DNA from: Promethearchaeota archaeon
GTDB lineage: Archaea > Asgardarchaeota > Hermodarchaeia > Hermodarchaeales > Hermodarchaeaceae
DNA length: 64,000 nt
Direction: 5' to 3'
NCBI GenBank assembly: GCA_048939245.1
Contig: JBHLPR010000005.1
Coordinates: forward strand, 1-64,000
In this document: positions 48,930 through 58,765 of the stretch, piece by piece
Layout of the letters: each line of letters opens with the position of its first letter
How positions within the stretch are numbered: the stretch's first letter is position 1
Program-made: the position numbers and the translations under genes
The notes under the pieces: generated by a model
Database searches by the model: none
Seen by the model: only the letters and a program-made list of their open reading frames with translations
Told to the model about the DNA's origin: nothing

Positions 48930-50516
48930 ATGAAGCGCTTCCTAACTTTTGATGAACTCAAATCCCTAAAATATGAAGAAATTGAAGCGATACAAAATCG
49001 AAAATTCCGTGCGTTTATCAGGTATCAAATTTATCCAAATCATCCCTTCTACCGACGACTATTCAAAAAACATAACGTTGATCCCTTTAAATTAGAAACG
49101 CCAACCGATTGGTCGAAGTATGGGCTTCCCCTTGTAAAAAAAGCCGATTATAAGGAGAACTTACGTGAGTTTGTCCTGAACCCACAAGAAGTCGATGGAC
49201 AAGATCGGGAACCATCGGAAGTCATTACAAATCTACTCGACTATTACAAAGAAGCAGGCTATAAGGATGAGCAAAGCTTTGTTTTCCGTCGGGGATTGAA
49301 GGTTAAACTACGTATTGGAAAAGAGAAAGCAACCGAAGAACTCCTTAATCATGTAAAAAATCAATACTCACCCCGCTTTTTCTGGTTTTCATCAGGTCGG
49401 GCTTCTGGCCTTCCTTCTCCCGTATTTCTTACACATTACGATAACGAGTTAATGCTAAACAATATGGCTAAATCAGGTAAAATGGCGATTGACCCCTTCG
49501 TTAAAGATGGATTTGAGCTTCGAGCTATGAATCTCTTCCCTTCAGCGCCACACTTAGGTTTCTTCGGTGTGGATGGCGGATTGTTACAGATGGCTGATTT
49601 TGTAGTTCGCTCAACTGCTGGTGGAGCGATTTCAACGGATAAACTTGTTCAACTTGCTGAGTTGTTCAAAGTTAATGGATTCGCAGCGATGCCAGGCTAT
49701 TTGCGTAATATATTTTGTCGAGAATTACTTGCTCAGAAGCCAAAATTAGAAAAACGTGGGATTATCCTCCTAGCAGGTGAACGAATTTACGATGCCGTCA
49801 TTGACGATATCAAAGAAGACTTTGCCAAAGTAGGAATGACTGAAAGTCGTATCATCGGAGGTTGGGCTGCAAGTGAAACAAAAATTGGAGTGGCCTGCCA
49901 ATGCCAGGAAAAGGGCGGGTACCATAATTTATCGCCCTTAGCCTTTGCTGTGAGATTTGTGAAATTTACTGATGACGTTGGTGGCTATGAATTTACCACC
50001 CCTGAGGAAGGGGGATATATGACAATCTTTCATGTCGACGGGCGTTCTTCTATGTTTGAAGGCTATTTGATGGGGGACCATGTTGACAAGGTGATTACTG
50101 GTAAATGTCCACATTGTGGTATAGATATGCCCTGTTTCTTTAATATCTCAAGAGAATCAGAAATTGGTGCCCAGATACGGGTGATGGGAATCAAGGAAGA
50201 GAAGATTAAGGGTGCAACAGTCAATCTCACAGCTTTACGCGAATCCTTGTTAGGCAGAAATGAAATTCATGAAGCGCAAATCGTTGTGAGCAAATCGAAA
50301 CCGGATGACCCCTATTCAATGGATGTCTTATCCTTGAATATAGTACTAAAATCTGGAGCTAATAAGACACAATCAAAGCGAATGATCCAAAAAATTACAA
50401 AAACGGAAACAGAGATTACTCCTGTAATCAATTTTATGGATCTGGATACACTATTAGAGCAGGCGGGAGGCTTGAAATTCCAAGAAATCGTGGATTCCCG
50501 TGTGAAACCTGCTTAG
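48930..50516 (+). CDS. Phenylacetate-CoA ligase-like adenylate-forming enzyme, divergent
   Basis: PFYRRLF, LPLVKKAD, SSGRASG, LLAGE, GD, KIKGATV. Confidence 0.75.
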   Translation: MKRFLTFDELKSLKYEEIEAIQNRKFRAFIRYQIYPNHPFYRRLFKKHNVDPFKLETPTDWSKYGLPLVKKADYKENLREFVLNPQEVDGQDREPSEVITNLLDYYKEAGYKDEQSFVFRRGLKVKLRIGKEKATEELLNHVKNQYSPRFFWFSSGRASGLPSPVFLTHYDNELMLNNMAKSGKMAIDPFVKDGFELRAMNLFPSAPHLGFFGVDGGLLQMADFVVRSTAGGAISTDKLVQLAELFKVNGFAAMPGYLRNIFCRELLAQKPKLEKRGIILLAGERIYDAVIDDIKEDFAKVGMTESRIIGGWAASETKIGVACQCQEKGGYHNLSPLAFAVRFVKFTDDVGGYEFTTPEEGGYMTIFHVDGRSSMFEGYLMGDHVDKVITGKCPHCGIDMPCFFNISRESEIGAQIRVMGIKEEKIKGATVNLTALRESLLGRNEIHEAQIVVSKSKPDDPYSMDVLSLNIVLKSGANKTQSKRMIQKITKTETEITPVINFMDLDTLLEQAGGLKFQEIVDSRVKPA

Positions 50517-50531
50517 GTTCTTTTCGAAAGG

Positions 50532-50631
50532 TGGAGCCTCGGGCGGGGATTGAACCCGCGACCAGCAGCTTACTCGACAACTTGTAAAGAGAGTTTACGA
50601 GGCTGTCGCTCTACCACTGAGCTACCGAGGC
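50532..50631 (-). tRNA. tRNA-Thr(CGU) with 25-nt intron at 37/38 (50571-50595), encoded CCA
   Basis: GCCTCGG acceptor stem, U73, anticodon CGT at 50597-50599, BHB with CTCG/CGAG central helix; A27-C43 mismatch noted. Confidence 0.93.
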
Positions 50632-50707
50632 AGTATAGAAAGGTAGAATAAGGAGACCCAAAAAGATTTCGTCAGTGTCGTGAATAGTAAACTGTGAAGG
50701 GATACCC

Positions 50708-51709
50708 ATGTCAAGAAAAAACAATACACTCCGAGACCTTGGAGAAAGAGGATTGATCCGTTGGTTTCAGGAGCTTATTACCCCCTATGATAAAGCCCTT
50801 CTATCCGGTATGGAAGATGCTGTGGCAATTCCTCTTAATGGCGAAGCCCTTGTTGTAAATAGTGATATGCTGGTTGGATCAACAGATGTCTTACCTGGTA
50901 TGACAGCAAATGAGATAGCGTGGAAAGCAGGAGTGATGGGGTTAAGTGATTTGGCAGCAAAAGGAGCTAAACCACTGGGCATGATAGTATCTCTTGGGCT
51001 TCCTGCAGACACCCAAGCGACTTTTGCAGCAGCTCTTGTTGGGGGATTAAACTGTGTTTGTCGCGACCATGACACTTACTATTTGGGCGGAGATACAAAC
51101 CAATGTTCGGACCTTGTGATTAATTGTACTGCGCTGGGTGTGGTTTCACAGGATAAAATTCTCCGAAGAAAAGGAGCACAACCCGGAGATTTGATAGCGA
51201 CTACAGGTGAATTCGGGTATACCGGTGCGCTATTTGAAGCCCTCTTACATGAACGTACTGAACCAGTTGACCTAATTGATCAGATTCGGAAGCAAGCTCT
51301 TCGCCCTAGAGCGCGAATTAATGAAGGGCAGGCCTTAGCAGAGGCTGGTTTTGTAACAGCGTCCATTGATAGTAGTGATGGTTTGGCATGGTCATTATTT
51401 GAAATCGCCTCAGCAAGCCGAGTTGGATTCGTAATAGATAACCTGCCAATTCCGACAATTTGCAAAGAGTTTGCAGAATCGAATGGGCTAGATCCTATAG
51501 ATCTCGCGCTTTATGCGGGTGAAGAATTCGAGCTGATCATTACCTTACCAGTTCAACAATGGAAAAAAGCAGTGGCAGTTATTGAAGACGTGGGTGGAAC
51601 CCTTACACAAATTGGAAAGATCGTAGCTGAGCCTAAGAAAGTCGCGAAAATTAATGGGGAAGAAAGAAGTATTGAGCTCAAAGGTTATGAGCATTTTAAG
51701 AATAGGTAA
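50708..51709 (+). CDS. thiL: Thiamine-monophosphate kinase
   Basis: LGERGLI, SDLAAKGA, GGDTN, DSSDGL, GEEFEL. Confidence 0.95.
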   Translation: MSRKNNTLRDLGERGLIRWFQELITPYDKALLSGMEDAVAIPLNGEALVVNSDMLVGSTDVLPGMTANEIAWKAGVMGLSDLAAKGAKPLGMIVSLGLPADTQATFAAALVGGLNCVCRDHDTYYLGGDTNQCSDLVINCTALGVVSQDKILRRKGAQPGDLIATTGEFGYTGALFEALLHERTEPVDLIDQIRKQALRPRARINEGQALAEAGFVTASIDSSDGLAWSLFEIASASRVGFVIDNLPIPTICKEFAESNGLDPIDLALYAGEEFELIITLPVQQWKKAVAVIEDVGGTLTQIGKIVAEPKKVAKINGEERSIELKGYEHFKNR

Positions 51710-51711
51710 AT

Positions 51712-51831
51712 TGGCGGGCTCGGGGGGATTTTCGGACACATGGATATGTTCTTTCGAACCCCCGACAATCGGGTTTCTCCATTATTATTGGCTTAAGAGC
51801 CCGACGCTCTGCCTGGCTAAGCTACGAGCCC
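51712..51831 (-). tRNA. tRNA-Lys(CUU) with two introns (37/38: 51775-51793; 59/60: 51729-51752), encoded CCA
   Basis: GGGCTCG acceptor stem, G73, anticodon CTT at 51795-51797; removing the T-loop intron restores TTCGAAT; 77-nt mature length. Confidence 0.92.
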
Positions 51832-51927
51832 GTGATTGAGCAGTTTTTATGTCACTGATTTTAAAAGTTTCTGAAAAAGCGACGTGCCCTAAAATTTTAT
51901 ACATCCAAAGACAGAAAGGCGCACAGA

Positions 51928-52377
51928 ATGACAAAAAAGCAGATTGTATTAGCAGGAACCTTCGACATTCTTCACCCTGGCCACGTTTTTCTGATAACGG
52001 AGGCAGCGAAGCTCGGTGACGTTACAGTGGTTATTGCACGTGACGAGAATGTGGTTAAAACGAAAGGGCACCCAGTTATTATTCCCGAGAAACAACGCCT
52101 TTTCATGGTAGAAGCCCTAAGGGGTGTTTCCAAAGCGGTATTGGGCAATCTTGGACCTGATTTTGTGCGAATTGTGGAAGAACTTAAGCCAGACATTCTG
52201 ATGTTGGGTCCCAATCAAGATATCTCATTAGAGGAGATTCAAAACCGGTTAAATGAGAAAGGTCTTGCAACAAAGGTGATTCGATTAAAAAAAATATTTG
52301 ATAAATATCCGCTGAATAGTACAACTCGTATTATTGAGAAGGCTTTTGCAGATCAGAAAGATCGAATTTCACAGTAA
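51928..52377 (+). CDS. ribL: Archaeal FAD synthase
   Basis: GTFDILHPGH, VIARD, QRLFMV, LGPNQ; convergent with riboflavin kinase. Confidence 0.88.
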   Translation: MTKKQIVLAGTFDILHPGHVFLITEAAKLGDVTVVIARDENVVKTKGHPVIIPEKQRLFMVEALRGVSKAVLGNLGPDFVRIVEELKPDILMLGPNQDISLEEIQNRLNEKGLATKVIRLKKIFDKYPLNSTTRIIEKAFADQKDRISQ

Positions 52378-53029
52378 TAATATCATCATCGCTAACATTT
52401 AGTGTTTCACGGAGCCTAGTGGGAGCAATGACTTCGACGACGTTGGGATGATGGTGAGTACGTTCAATCAGTAAAACTGCGGCTGTCTGTTCACTATTTA
52501 CTATTGCAGGATAACAAGTTACTGGTCCAAAGCTTCGACCTTCACTGACAAATCCTTGAATTTGAATACCAATTGTTGCTTTAAGTAAATGGAATTCATT
52601 TATGTCAGCTTCAGTAAGCAATTGGATATTAAGAGTACCAGGGTATGGATTATAACCAAGCAATTTTCGGAATTGTTTCCTATACCCTTCTAAACGAATA
52701 TAATAAGCGCCTTCCCCAAGCCCTGTGAACAGTCGTCCTCGAAAACTTCGAAATCGTTTTTTTGTCATAGCGAGTTCTAGGATGGATTGAACGCGAGTTA
52801 ACTCTGAAACCCCTTTAGGTTCAATTCGGATTATTTGACCATGATTGTTAAGAACCCGACGAATCAATCCCATTTTTTCCAGGGTAAATATTCTTCGTGA
52901 GGCTGTTTGTTGACTAACTTTGAGAAGCTGCGCTAAGCGTGAAGTTGAGGTCCGAATGCCATTTGTCACAGCACCCAGTTGAGCTAATGCCAAAAGAGTA
53001 AACCAAAGTTGTTCCTTCAAAGGTCTCAT
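52331..53029 (-). CDS. ribK: CTP-dependent riboflavin kinase with N-terminal wHTH (RbkR type)
   Basis: SQQTASRR, GLGEGAYYI, PYPGTLN, RTHH, EVIAP. Confidence 0.93.
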   Translation of the reverse strand: MRPLKEQLWFTLLALAQLGAVTNGIRTSTSRLAQLLKVSQQTASRRIFTLEKMGLIRRVLNNHGQIIRIEPKGVSELTRVQSILELAMTKKRFRSFRGRLFTGLGEGAYYIRLEGYRKQFRKLLGYNPYPGTLNIQLLTEADINEFHLLKATIGIQIQGFVSEGRSFGPVTCYPAIVNSEQTAAVLLIERTHHHPNVVEVIAPTRLRETLNVSDDDIITVKFDLSDLQKPSQ

Positions 53030-53682
53030 CCTTTTTCTTTTAACTTTCTACGTGCTTCAGTTGCTAGTCGATGTGCAAGACGGGTTGGTTCAGGTAGTCG
53101 ATATCTGGTAATGCATTGTTGAGTTAATTCGACAGCTTTCATCAGAGAAATTCGATGACCAACACTGATGTAAATTGGATTGCATCCTGGTTTTGATGTT
53201 ATCCTTGCACCAATGATTGCATCATCGAAAATGATGCTGTCAAAAGGTTTCGAATCATGTCGTATAATGCCACAAAGGAGTTTTTTTGCTACACCAATGG
53301 TTGGTACGTTCCTTAAAATCCCAAAATGACTGGCAGCGCCGAGTTTGCGTGGGTGTGCTCGACCATGTGCGTCTAGAAAACAAAGATCGGGTTTTTTTGT
53401 AAGGGCTGTATAGGCTAATGACAATGGAGAATATTCCCGAAAAGAGAGAAAGGTGGGAATATAGGGAATAGTAGATTTTGTATAAGCAACTTGATGTTCA
53501 ATTAGTTCTAAATCTGGAAAGTTCAGTAGAACAGAGACCCCAATAGCAGTATTCCCATAATAGGAAACGTCTAATCCGCAGATAGTTCGCGGTGGGTTAA
53601 GAAAAGTATCTTTCTCAACAAGCCGAGTAGCGATATTTTCTTGGACCTTTCGTGCTCTGGTGGTAGGAAATTTTTTCGGCAG
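53026..53682 (-). CDS. nfi: Endonuclease V, 218 aa from a probable CTG start
   Basis: Frame stays open upstream of the ORF-track start through ICGLDVSY and PYIPTFLSFRE, then DAHGRAHPRKLGAASHFG, IGVAK, YRLPEPTRLAH. Confidence 0.9.
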   Translation of the reverse strand: MPKKFPTTRARKVQENIATRLVEKDTFLNPPRTICGLDVSYYGNTAIGVSVLLNFPDLELIEHQVAYTKSTIPYIPTFLSFREYSPLSLAYTALTKKPDLCFLDAHGRAHPRKLGAASHFGILRNVPTIGVAKKLLCGIIRHDSKPFDSIIFDDAIIGARITSKPGCNPIYISVGHRISLMKAVELTQQCITRYRLPEPTRLAHRLATEARRKLKEKG

Positions 53683-53698
53683 GTATAGTAGACCTCCT

Positions 53699-54328
53699 TC
53701 ATTTTTCGAGAGAATCTTGTAAAAGAGTAATTCCTGCTAGCAACCGACGATTTTCGATCGCTGTACTTAGATCTGCACGAGTCCGCTCAATTAATCCACG
53801 AGCGACATCTGTTTTTCTTCGGATACCAGGCGTTAGACCACGTGGAAAGTCGAACTTTATGAGCATTGCATAAACTTGTTCCATTTGGTTAAATGCCCTT
53901 TTTGCTTCATCTAGGTTATCGTTCGTTAGGGAATCAATTGAATATCTTCGGAGTTCTCCAACAAAATCACCGAGTCCTTGGAGATAGCCAATATCACTAA
54001 CCCCAATATTGTCGGGGCTAGGTGCTTTTTCCTTCTGGCGAAATGCGAAGAAAAGGGCAGCCTCGGCGACTTCACCTTCAGCATCATGTACTAATCCAAT
54101 TACCGGGAGTTGACTGAGTTCTTCTAGATGGCTTTGAGCTGATTTTAATAAGGAGATGGCATTTTCTATTGATTCTTTGGCTTTTTGCATTTCATCTCGA
54201 TGAATAGCAGAGATTGCTTCACGTGTTATCTTGAGTATGTCGTGCATCTCGTTTATGAGCTGATCACGTGAATTGTTTTGGAGTGCCAGATTTGCATATA
54301 TTGTATCGCCGATTTTTGTGAGATTCAT
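53699..54328 (-). CDS. Translin/TRAX-family protein
   Basis: EVAEA, YLQGLGDFVGELRR, RRKTDVARGLIERT. Confidence 0.92.
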   Translation of the reverse strand: MNLTKIGDTIYANLALQNNSRDQLINEMHDILKITREAISAIHRDEMQKAKESIENAISLLKSAQSHLEELSQLPVIGLVHDAEGEVAEAALFFAFRQKEKAPSPDNIGVSDIGYLQGLGDFVGELRRYSIDSLTNDNLDEAKRAFNQMEQVYAMLIKFDFPRGLTPGIRRKTDVARGLIERTRADLSTAIENRRLLAGITLLQDSLEK

Positions 54329-54393
54329 TTCAAAGGCTCCATGCTAACGATTCGACCGTGTGTTGGTGCTGTGAAAACAGAATACTTAAATGA

Positions 54394-55350
54394 TTGGCTC
54401 TGGCTGAATCATCGGTTGGTCCTGTGGTTTCTGACGATTTAGCAAAAATTTATCGTAGACAGCGGTATCGGTTCATTGGTAGAAATAGTGTTTTGAAGAA
54501 ATGTTATCATCTTCATAAGGCTTTGACAGAACAGCGCCCCTGCTATAAACAGACGTTCTACAAGACAATAATCACCCATCGATGTATGCAGCTTTCACCT
54601 ACTCTTCAATGCACCCAAGCATGTCGATTTTGTTGGCGGACTATGCCAGGTGATGAAGGATTTCCTAGCCAGAAACAAAAAGAAGTCACAGATGAGCCTT
54701 CAGAAATTTTAGATAATGCTGTATTTGAACAGCGGAAAATCCTCGACGGTTACAACCCCGTTTGTCATTCCAAAGTTATTCCCAAGATGTATGAAGAGGC
54801 ACGAAACCCCAAGCATGTGGCAATCAGTTTAGTTGGAGAACCCACTTGCTATGAACGGCTCTCAGATTTAATTACAGAATGCAAGCAACGTGATTGGACA
54901 AGTTATCTGGTGAGCAATGGAACTAATCCACATGTTTTGGAACAGATTAAGGAACCCACCCAACTATACGTCTCATTTGTTGCTCCTGATAAAAAAACAC
55001 ATCAAAAATTATGCCGACCTTTAATTCCTAAGGCTTGGGAACGACTGAATGAATCCTTATCTCTACTCTCTACGTTGTCTTGTCCAACTGTTATCCGAAT
55101 GACTCTGGTAGCAAATCATAACATGCATAGCATTTCTAAATATGCAAAGATTCTCGATTCAACTCAATCAGATTTCATTGAATGCAAAGCGTTCATGCAT
55201 GTTGGGGGAGCCATGAAAAGACTTTCGCGTGATAATATGCCAAGTATGAACCAAATCCGAGATTTCTCAGAAAAAATTGCCCAAGAGACTGAATATATGG
55301 TTACAAATGAGGATTCGGTAAGTCGAGTAGTACTTCTAGCGAAAGAATAG
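54394..55350 (+). CDS. taw1: 4-demethylwyosine synthase (radical SAM)
   Basis: CYKQTFY, HRCMQ, CTQACRFCWR, HVAISLVGEP, DNMP. Confidence 0.94.
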   Translation: MALAESSVGPVVSDDLAKIYRRQRYRFIGRNSVLKKCYHLHKALTEQRPCYKQTFYKTIITHRCMQLSPTLQCTQACRFCWRTMPGDEGFPSQKQKEVTDEPSEILDNAVFEQRKILDGYNPVCHSKVIPKMYEEARNPKHVAISLVGEPTCYERLSDLITECKQRDWTSYLVSNGTNPHVLEQIKEPTQLYVSFVAPDKKTHQKLCRPLIPKAWERLNESLSLLSTLSCPTVIRMTLVANHNMHSISKYAKILDSTQSDFIECKAFMHVGGAMKRLSRDNMPSMNQIRDFSEKIAQETEYMVTNEDSVSRVVLLAKE

Positions 55351-55361
55351 TGTAAGGCACA

Positions 55362-55985
55362 TCAGGCTTCTAATTGAATATGTTTTGATTCGATACCTTT
55401 GGACGTGACTACAAGTAAATCGATTCCATCACCTGACATTGCATCTCGTCGTGTGGCCGAACGGATTGCTTTGACAGCTAGTTCCATTGCTTCAGTCTTG
55501 GAGAGATTCTCAGTATAGTTAGCTTCAAGAACACCCAAAACAAGAGAAGTGGCTGTTCCAACAGCTGCATATTTTTCTTCGATGAGTGACCCAGCGAGGT
55601 CAAGGCTATAGAGGTGAGAACCAGTTTGATCTAGTCCACCAATAAGTGTCTGCGTAAGGTAGGGCATATACTTGCGGCTGAAAAGAATGTTTGAAAGAAG
55701 TTGTGCAGCAGCATTCACAGTGATCGGTCTTCGATTCTCCAGTTTAAAAAGATTGGATTCAGCAGTTAAGAATGAGGAAAGCATCTGGTAATCTCCGCTT
55801 ACACCAGCACTACCAACGATAATATTATCGGTGATAGGAAACACCTTCTTTCCTGTTTTACTGACCACGGTATAGCCCCAGAGAACCCGTTTTTCGGCTC
55901 CAATAACCACACCATTCTTGAATGTAATACCAACGGTGGCTGCCCCGAAGAAAGGAGTCAAATCAGTTTGGTTGCTCATTTTCAT
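55362..55985 (-). CDS. psmB: Proteasome beta subunit, probably catalytically inactive
   Basis: Ntn-hydrolase beta pattern (TVGITFKNGVVIGAEKR, RDAMSGDGIDL), but G-AATVG replaces G-TTTVG. Confidence 0.92.
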   Translation of the reverse strand: MKMSNQTDLTPFFGAATVGITFKNGVVIGAEKRVLWGYTVVSKTGKKVFPITDNIIVGSAGVSGDYQMLSSFLTAESNLFKLENRRPITVNAAAQLLSNILFSRKYMPYLTQTLIGGLDQTGSHLYSLDLAGSLIEEKYAAVGTATSLVLGVLEANYTENLSKTEAMELAVKAIRSATRRDAMSGDGIDLLVVTSKGIESKHIQLEA

Positions 55986-56060
55986 TCACCTTGTCAGCTA
56001 ACGTAGGAAAGCAGTTAAAAAATCTTTGTGACTTGCTTCTTGTTAGAGTTGTGAGGACAA

Positions 56061-57098
56061 GTGAATCCGTTTACTGGATTAAAGTATATTCCAAACACCA
56101 AAGAATTACTGGATATTGCATTTGCTCGTGCTTCCAAAATTACCCTTCCTAAGTCTAGAAAACCCCCCCATATCCGAGCAAGAGAGAAGGAGATTGCTAA
56201 ATTAACAAAGGTAAGTGACATTCTCACAACTAGACTTGAAGAGGTTGTAAAAAGATTCCCGAATTTTGATAACATCCACCCATTTTATCGCACACTTGCT
56301 GATACTGTGGTTGCCATTGATGATCTTCGTCAAGCTCTTGCATCTGTTACGTCAGCGGTACGAATTATTCGTAGCATCATCAATGAGGTTAACCGAAATC
56401 TAAGGAAATCGAAAACACCTTCAGAAGCACGAACACTGCGAGCAGGTGCGTATGGTCGTGTTTCATCTGTTATTAGAAGGATAGATTCTCGGCTAATGGT
56501 TATTAGACAGGCAGCATTAGAATATCGACGATTTCCTTCAATTAATCTGAATCTTCCTGTAGTAGTTATTGCGGGTTATCCTAATGTGGGAAAAAGTTCG
56601 CTTGTCAATCTTCTGTCCTCAGCATCGCCTGAAGTTGCCGAATATCCCTTTACAACGAAAAAAATCAGCGTTGGCCACATTCACCTCGATACAGCAGAAG
56701 CCCAGATTCTCGATGTTCCGGGTTTATTAGACCGACCTATGGATATTAGGAATTCAATTGAACAACGTGCAATTGCAGCGATTCGATATTTAGCGGATGT
56801 AATTATATTCCTAATAGATCCAACCTTAACTTGTGGTTATCCACTGTTAAATCAAATTAGCTTATTCAACGAGATTCGGAGAACATTCTCTGAGGTTGAA
56901 ATTCATCCAGTGATAAACAAGATGGATATTGCGTCGACTGAGGAAGTTCAACGTGCACGCAACCTGATAAATGGAGACACAATTCCGATTATCAGTACTC
57001 TTACACAAGAAGGAGTTGAATCGGTTTTTCAGGTCCTAATTTCGAAGTCAAAGAAGATTAGCGAGAAGCTAATGGGCCTTCAAGACCCACACCGTTGA
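56061..57098 (+). CDS. NOG1-family GTPase
   Basis: IHPFY, GYPNVGKSS, YPFTTK, DVPGLLDRP, NKMD. Confidence 0.94.
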   Translation: MNPFTGLKYIPNTKELLDIAFARASKITLPKSRKPPHIRAREKEIAKLTKVSDILTTRLEEVVKRFPNFDNIHPFYRTLADTVVAIDDLRQALASVTSAVRIIRSIINEVNRNLRKSKTPSEARTLRAGAYGRVSSVIRRIDSRLMVIRQAALEYRRFPSINLNLPVVVIAGYPNVGKSSLVNLLSSASPEVAEYPFTTKKISVGHIHLDTAEAQILDVPGLLDRPMDIRNSIEQRAIAAIRYLADVIIFLIDPTLTCGYPLLNQISLFNEIRRTFSEVEIHPVINKMDIASTEEVQRARNLINGDTIPIISTLTQEGVESVFQVLISKSKKISEKLMGLQDPHR

Positions 57099-58125
57099 CT
57101 GTAATTTGTGCAGGGTAATCTAACTTTCCATGAATATTGAATTTGATGTCTAGAAATTGTTCAGCTACATGGACGTTTGTTATCGAATGCATTGTAAGAG
57201 TTGTGATAGATATTGATGAAGAGCCGTTTGCGAGTGCGAGATATGGAACAAGCATATCAGCTTGAAAACGGTCAACAGGAGCATTAGTAGCTAGTTCTCT
57301 TAGAAGCGCTGCCGCTGCGTTTTCACCGACTTTTTCAGCCTTTAATCCACGGCGCCCTAAGGCATCTGTTCCAAGAATACGGAATCCATTATTAATAGCG
57401 GTGAGGGAAATCCCACTTCCAGGAGAAAAGGTGTTCTCATTATGTTCAATTTGGATTTTTTCCACTGGATAATCCGTTTCAACCAAAATATTGCTTGCGG
57501 CTTTAGCTTGCCTTTCTGCAACATGTTTTGGGAGTGAACCGCAATGAGATATTCCGGTTATAATTGGTTGTCCTCTTACCTCACTTACCTGAATGGGCGC
57601 TAATTTAGCGATAGGAGATATTGTGGCGTTCACTTGGCCCCCTCCTCGAGGATAATATCCACGTTTGATTATTTCTAAGACAGCGAGATAGCCCATTTGT
57701 TCGAGCCTAGGCAGAAGAACAGTCTGCAAGTAATCAATGGGGGGGCTCCAAGCGACATTAGTGCCGCCAATAAGTTTCATAGCGACTTGTTTTTCACAAA
57801 ATGGTGCAACAATCATGACCGATTGAAGAACAAGAGTAATTGCTCCAGCAGTTCCAATATCCACGAAAATTTCTCCTCCTTGTCGATTTTGTGGAAAGAA
57901 ATCTATACGACTTGATCCCTCGTGGGTTCCCTTCACTTGGGCATTACTCAATTTTTTGATGGCCAAGATTCCATGAAGATGTTGTGGGCGCAATCCTGGT
58001 GTTTTTCGATTTGCTCGGATCTTTGTGACAGTAACAGGTTCACCTAGAACAGCAGAAAAGGCAATTGCTGACCGAAGGATTTGTCCCCCTCCCTCTAAAA
58101 TGGACCCATCGATTTCAACAACCAT
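57058..58125 (-). CDS. rtcA: RNA 3'-terminal phosphate cyclase
   Basis: EGGGQILRS, PGLRPQH, RGYYPRGGG, ADML, HSITN. Confidence 0.96.
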   Translation of the reverse strand: MVVEIDGSILEGGGQILRSAIAFSAVLGEPVTVTKIRANRKTPGLRPQHLHGILAIKKLSNAQVKGTHEGSSRIDFFPQNRQGGEIFVDIGTAGAITLVLQSVMIVAPFCEKQVAMKLIGGTNVAWSPPIDYLQTVLLPRLEQMGYLAVLEIIKRGYYPRGGGQVNATISPIAKLAPIQVSEVRGQPIITGISHCGSLPKHVAERQAKAASNILVETDYPVEKIQIEHNENTFSPGSGISLTAINNGFRILGTDALGRRGLKAEKVGENAAAALLRELATNAPVDRFQADMLVPYLALANGSSSISITTLTMHSITNVHVAEQFLDIKFNIHGKLDYPAQITVNGVGLEGPLASR

Positions 58126-58176
58126 TTTTCCGTCACTGAAACCCCTTTATAGATGTTGAATTAAAGTGCTTATGTT

Positions 58177-58758
58177 ATGACTAAAATTTGTCTTGGAACT
58201 ACACAAGTGGCTTCAAAACGGTGGATAGCACTGGCACTCGAAACGCAAACAGGGAAACTCGTTGCGTGCACGTCCTCTGAAAAATCGGTAAAAGAGGCAA
58301 AAAAACGTCTTAAGAGCACTCTATACCGATTAAGACGATTAGATGATCTTGATGAAACATATGAAAGCCCACAAGTACAATTAATTGGATCTCGACTTGC
58401 TAAACTTCTTGAAGGGAAAGGGCAACCGTTTTCTCTCAAAGAGATTTCCCCGAGAAACTGGTCTTCTGCTAGGCTCGTAATCTCAAAGAATCTATTACAA
58501 GTCCCACGAGGAAAAGTTATTTCATATGGAGGATTAGCTGCGCAGTCCACTTCTTCACCAAGAGGTGTAGGCTCTGTCATGCGTACTAATCCAGTTCCCT
58601 GGGCGATTCCATGTCATCGAGTAATCCATTCTGATGGTCGACTAGGAAAGCTGGGTGGAACAATAAGTGGAACTAAAGAGAAGGCGAGAATCCTACGCGC
58701 CGAAGGAGTTCTTTTTAACCGAGACGGAACGGTGAATCATGAGGAAATTGTAAGCTAG
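58177..58758 (+). CDS. ogt: Methylated-DNA--protein-cysteine methyltransferase
   Basis: VPRGKVISYG, NP..AIPCHRV. Confidence 0.9.
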   Translation: MTKICLGTTQVASKRWIALALETQTGKLVACTSSEKSVKEAKKRLKSTLYRLRRLDDLDETYESPQVQLIGSRLAKLLEGKGQPFSLKEISPRNWSSARLVISKNLLQVPRGKVISYGGLAAQSTSSPRGVGSVMRTNPVPWAIPCHRVIHSDGRLGKLGGTISGTKEKARILRAEGVLFNRDGTVNHEEIVS

Positions 58759-58765
58759 AGGGAGA

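Noticed and set aside
3045-50672. Recurring AAAAGAT(T/C)TC motif as a dispersed repeat
   Set aside because: Its reverse complement is the BRE-TATA region upstream of minus-strand genes (smc, roadblock, tRNA-Thr), so these are ordinary promoters.
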